A stretch of DNA of 62,950 nt, filler included, from Octopus bimaculoides (taxonomy: Eukaryota): assembly GCF_001194135.2 (NCBI RefSeq). It is 7 parts of 7 records of this genome, joined end to end, with 100 filler letters (N's around TTAATTAATTAA, not from the genome) between each part and the next. Parts side by side here need not be neighbours in the genome. Positions count along the whole stretch, not along the records: positions 60,904 to 62,950 come from NW_026351552.1; 6 more parts are not named here. One strand, given 5' to 3'. How positions within the stretch are numbered: position 1 is the stretch's first letter; each line of letters opens with the position of its first letter. This document shows positions 61,430 to 62,950 of this stretch, one piece after another. Made by a program: the position numbers and the translations under genes. The notes below the pieces were generated by a model. That model did no database searches, was not told the origin of the DNA, and saw only the letters and a list, made by a program, of their open reading frames with translations.

Positions 61430-61470
<41 letters not shown>

Positions 61471-62466
61471 NNNNNNNNNNNNNNNNNNNNNNNNNNNNNN
61501 NNNNNNNNNNNNNNNNNNNNNNNNNNNNNNNNNNNNNNNNNNNNNNNNNNNNNNNNNNNNNNNNNNNNNNNNNNNNNNNNNNNNNNNNNNNNNNNNNNNN
61601 NNNNNNNNNNNNNNNNNNNNNNNNNNNNNNNNNNNNNNNNNNNNNNNNNNNNNNNNNNNNNNNNNNNNNNNNNNNNNNNNNNNNNNNNNNNNNNNNNNNN
61701 NNNNNNNNNNNNNNNNNNNNNNNNNNNNNNNNNNNNNNNNNNNNNNNNNNNNNNNNNNNNNNNNNNNNNNNNNNNNNNNNNNNNNNNNNNNNNNNNNNNN
61801 NNNNNNNNNNNNNNNNNNNNNNNNNNNNNNNNNNNNNNNNNNNNNNNNNNNNNNNNNNNNNNNNNNNNNNNNNNNNNNNNNNNNNNNNNNNNNNNNNNNN
61901 NNNNNNNNNNNNNNNNNNNNNNNNNNNNNNNNNNNNNNNNNNNNNNNNNNNNNNNNNNNNNNNNNNNNNNNNNNNNNNNNNNNNNNNNNNNNNNNNNNNN
62001 NNNNNNNNNNNNNNNNNNNNNNNNNNNNNNNNNNNNNNNNNNNNNNNNNNNNNNNNNNNNNNNNNNNNNNNNNNNNNNNNNNNNNNNNNNNNNNNNNNNN
62101 NNNNNNNNNNNNNNNNNNNNNNNNNNNNNNNNNNNNNNNNNNNNNNNNNNNNNNNNNNNNNNNNNNNNNNNNNNNNNNNNNNNNNNNNNNNNNNNNNNNN
62201 NNNNNNNNNNNNNNNNNNNNNNNNNNNNNNNNNNNNNNNNNNNNNNNNNNNNNNNNNNNNNNNNNNNNNNNNNNNNNNNNNNNNNNNNNNNNNNNNNNNN
62301 NNNNNNNNNNNNNNNNNNNNNNNNNNNNNNNNNNNNNNNNNNNNNNNNNNNNNNNNNNNNNNNNNNNNNNNNNNNNNNAGGCGATAGAAAGTAGTCTGAA
62401 TATAAGGTAGAATCTATACATATGTGACTCAAGGGCTTAGAGTTTCGGGCAACACGTTATTCAGTT

Positions 62467-62501
<35 letters not shown>

Positions 62502-62577
62502 AGAAAATCGTCCTGCTTTTAGAGAAAGTATATAATTTATGATCAAGTTTGATGAGCGCCTTGTACAAAATTGACTT

Positions 62578-62730
62578 AGGCAGGCGTGGCTGTGTGGTAA
62601 GAAATATGATTCTCAATCACATGACTTCGGGTTCAGTTCCACTGCGTGGTACTTTGGACAAGTATCTTATATTACAGCCTGAATGGATTTGTTTGCTAGA
62701 CAGAAACTGAAAGAAGACCGTTGTGTGTGT
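62578..62730 (+). mobile_element. Family A SINE, 5' part with internal deletion
   Basis: aggcaggcgtggctgtgtggtaag...gggttcagttccactgcgtggtactttggacaag. Confidence 0.75.
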
Positions 62731-62914
62731 ATCTACATGCATACACACACGTACATAAAGATATATATATATGTCTCTATCAATCCACCACCCTCTCTGT
62801 GTGCCCGTCTGTTTATCTCTCTACCCTTTAATACAGACGTAAATACACACACACACATATACATATAAATATATATATTTTCGTGTGTATATATATACAT
62901 GTATATGTATCAAT

Positions 62915-62950
<36 letters not shown>

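Overview
AT-rich, microsatellite-saturated eukaryotic genomic DNA with roughly 7 kb of N gaps. The SINE families, repeat content and intron sizes point to an octopus (coleoid cephalopod) draft assembly; this is inference and no search was run. One host gene is clear: the last three coding exons (+ strand; 7374-7508, 8020-8110, 14111-15298) of an ALK/LTK-family receptor tyrosine kinase with a long Q/H/S/N-rich tail. A second, unidentified gene probably converges on it from the - strand (candidate small exons at 20724-23272, ending in a hydrophobic TM/GPI-like tail). The rest is mostly mobile DNA: a DD34D mariner, two DD37D (maT) transposons, Tc1/mariner MITEs, two Penelope-like retroelements, four R4/Dong-like RLE LINE fragments abutting trinucleotide microsatellites, and NeSL/HERO-like, RTE, APE-LINE and Ty3/gypsy gag remnants, plus many tRNA-derived SINE copies. 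The most unusual items are (i) two minimal type I hammerhead ribozyme motifs (5893-5938, 47495-47530), one in an element with a tRNA-like Pol III head, suggesting a SINE/retrozyme hybrid; (ii) a 738-bp foldback element whose centre is inverted telomere-like TTAGGG/CCCTAA arrays (52305-53042); and (iii) a cluster of apparently microsatellite-targeted RLE LINEs. No CRISPR array, rRNA or intact tRNA gene was found. Most long ORFs in the supplied track are artefacts of microsatellites or N runs.
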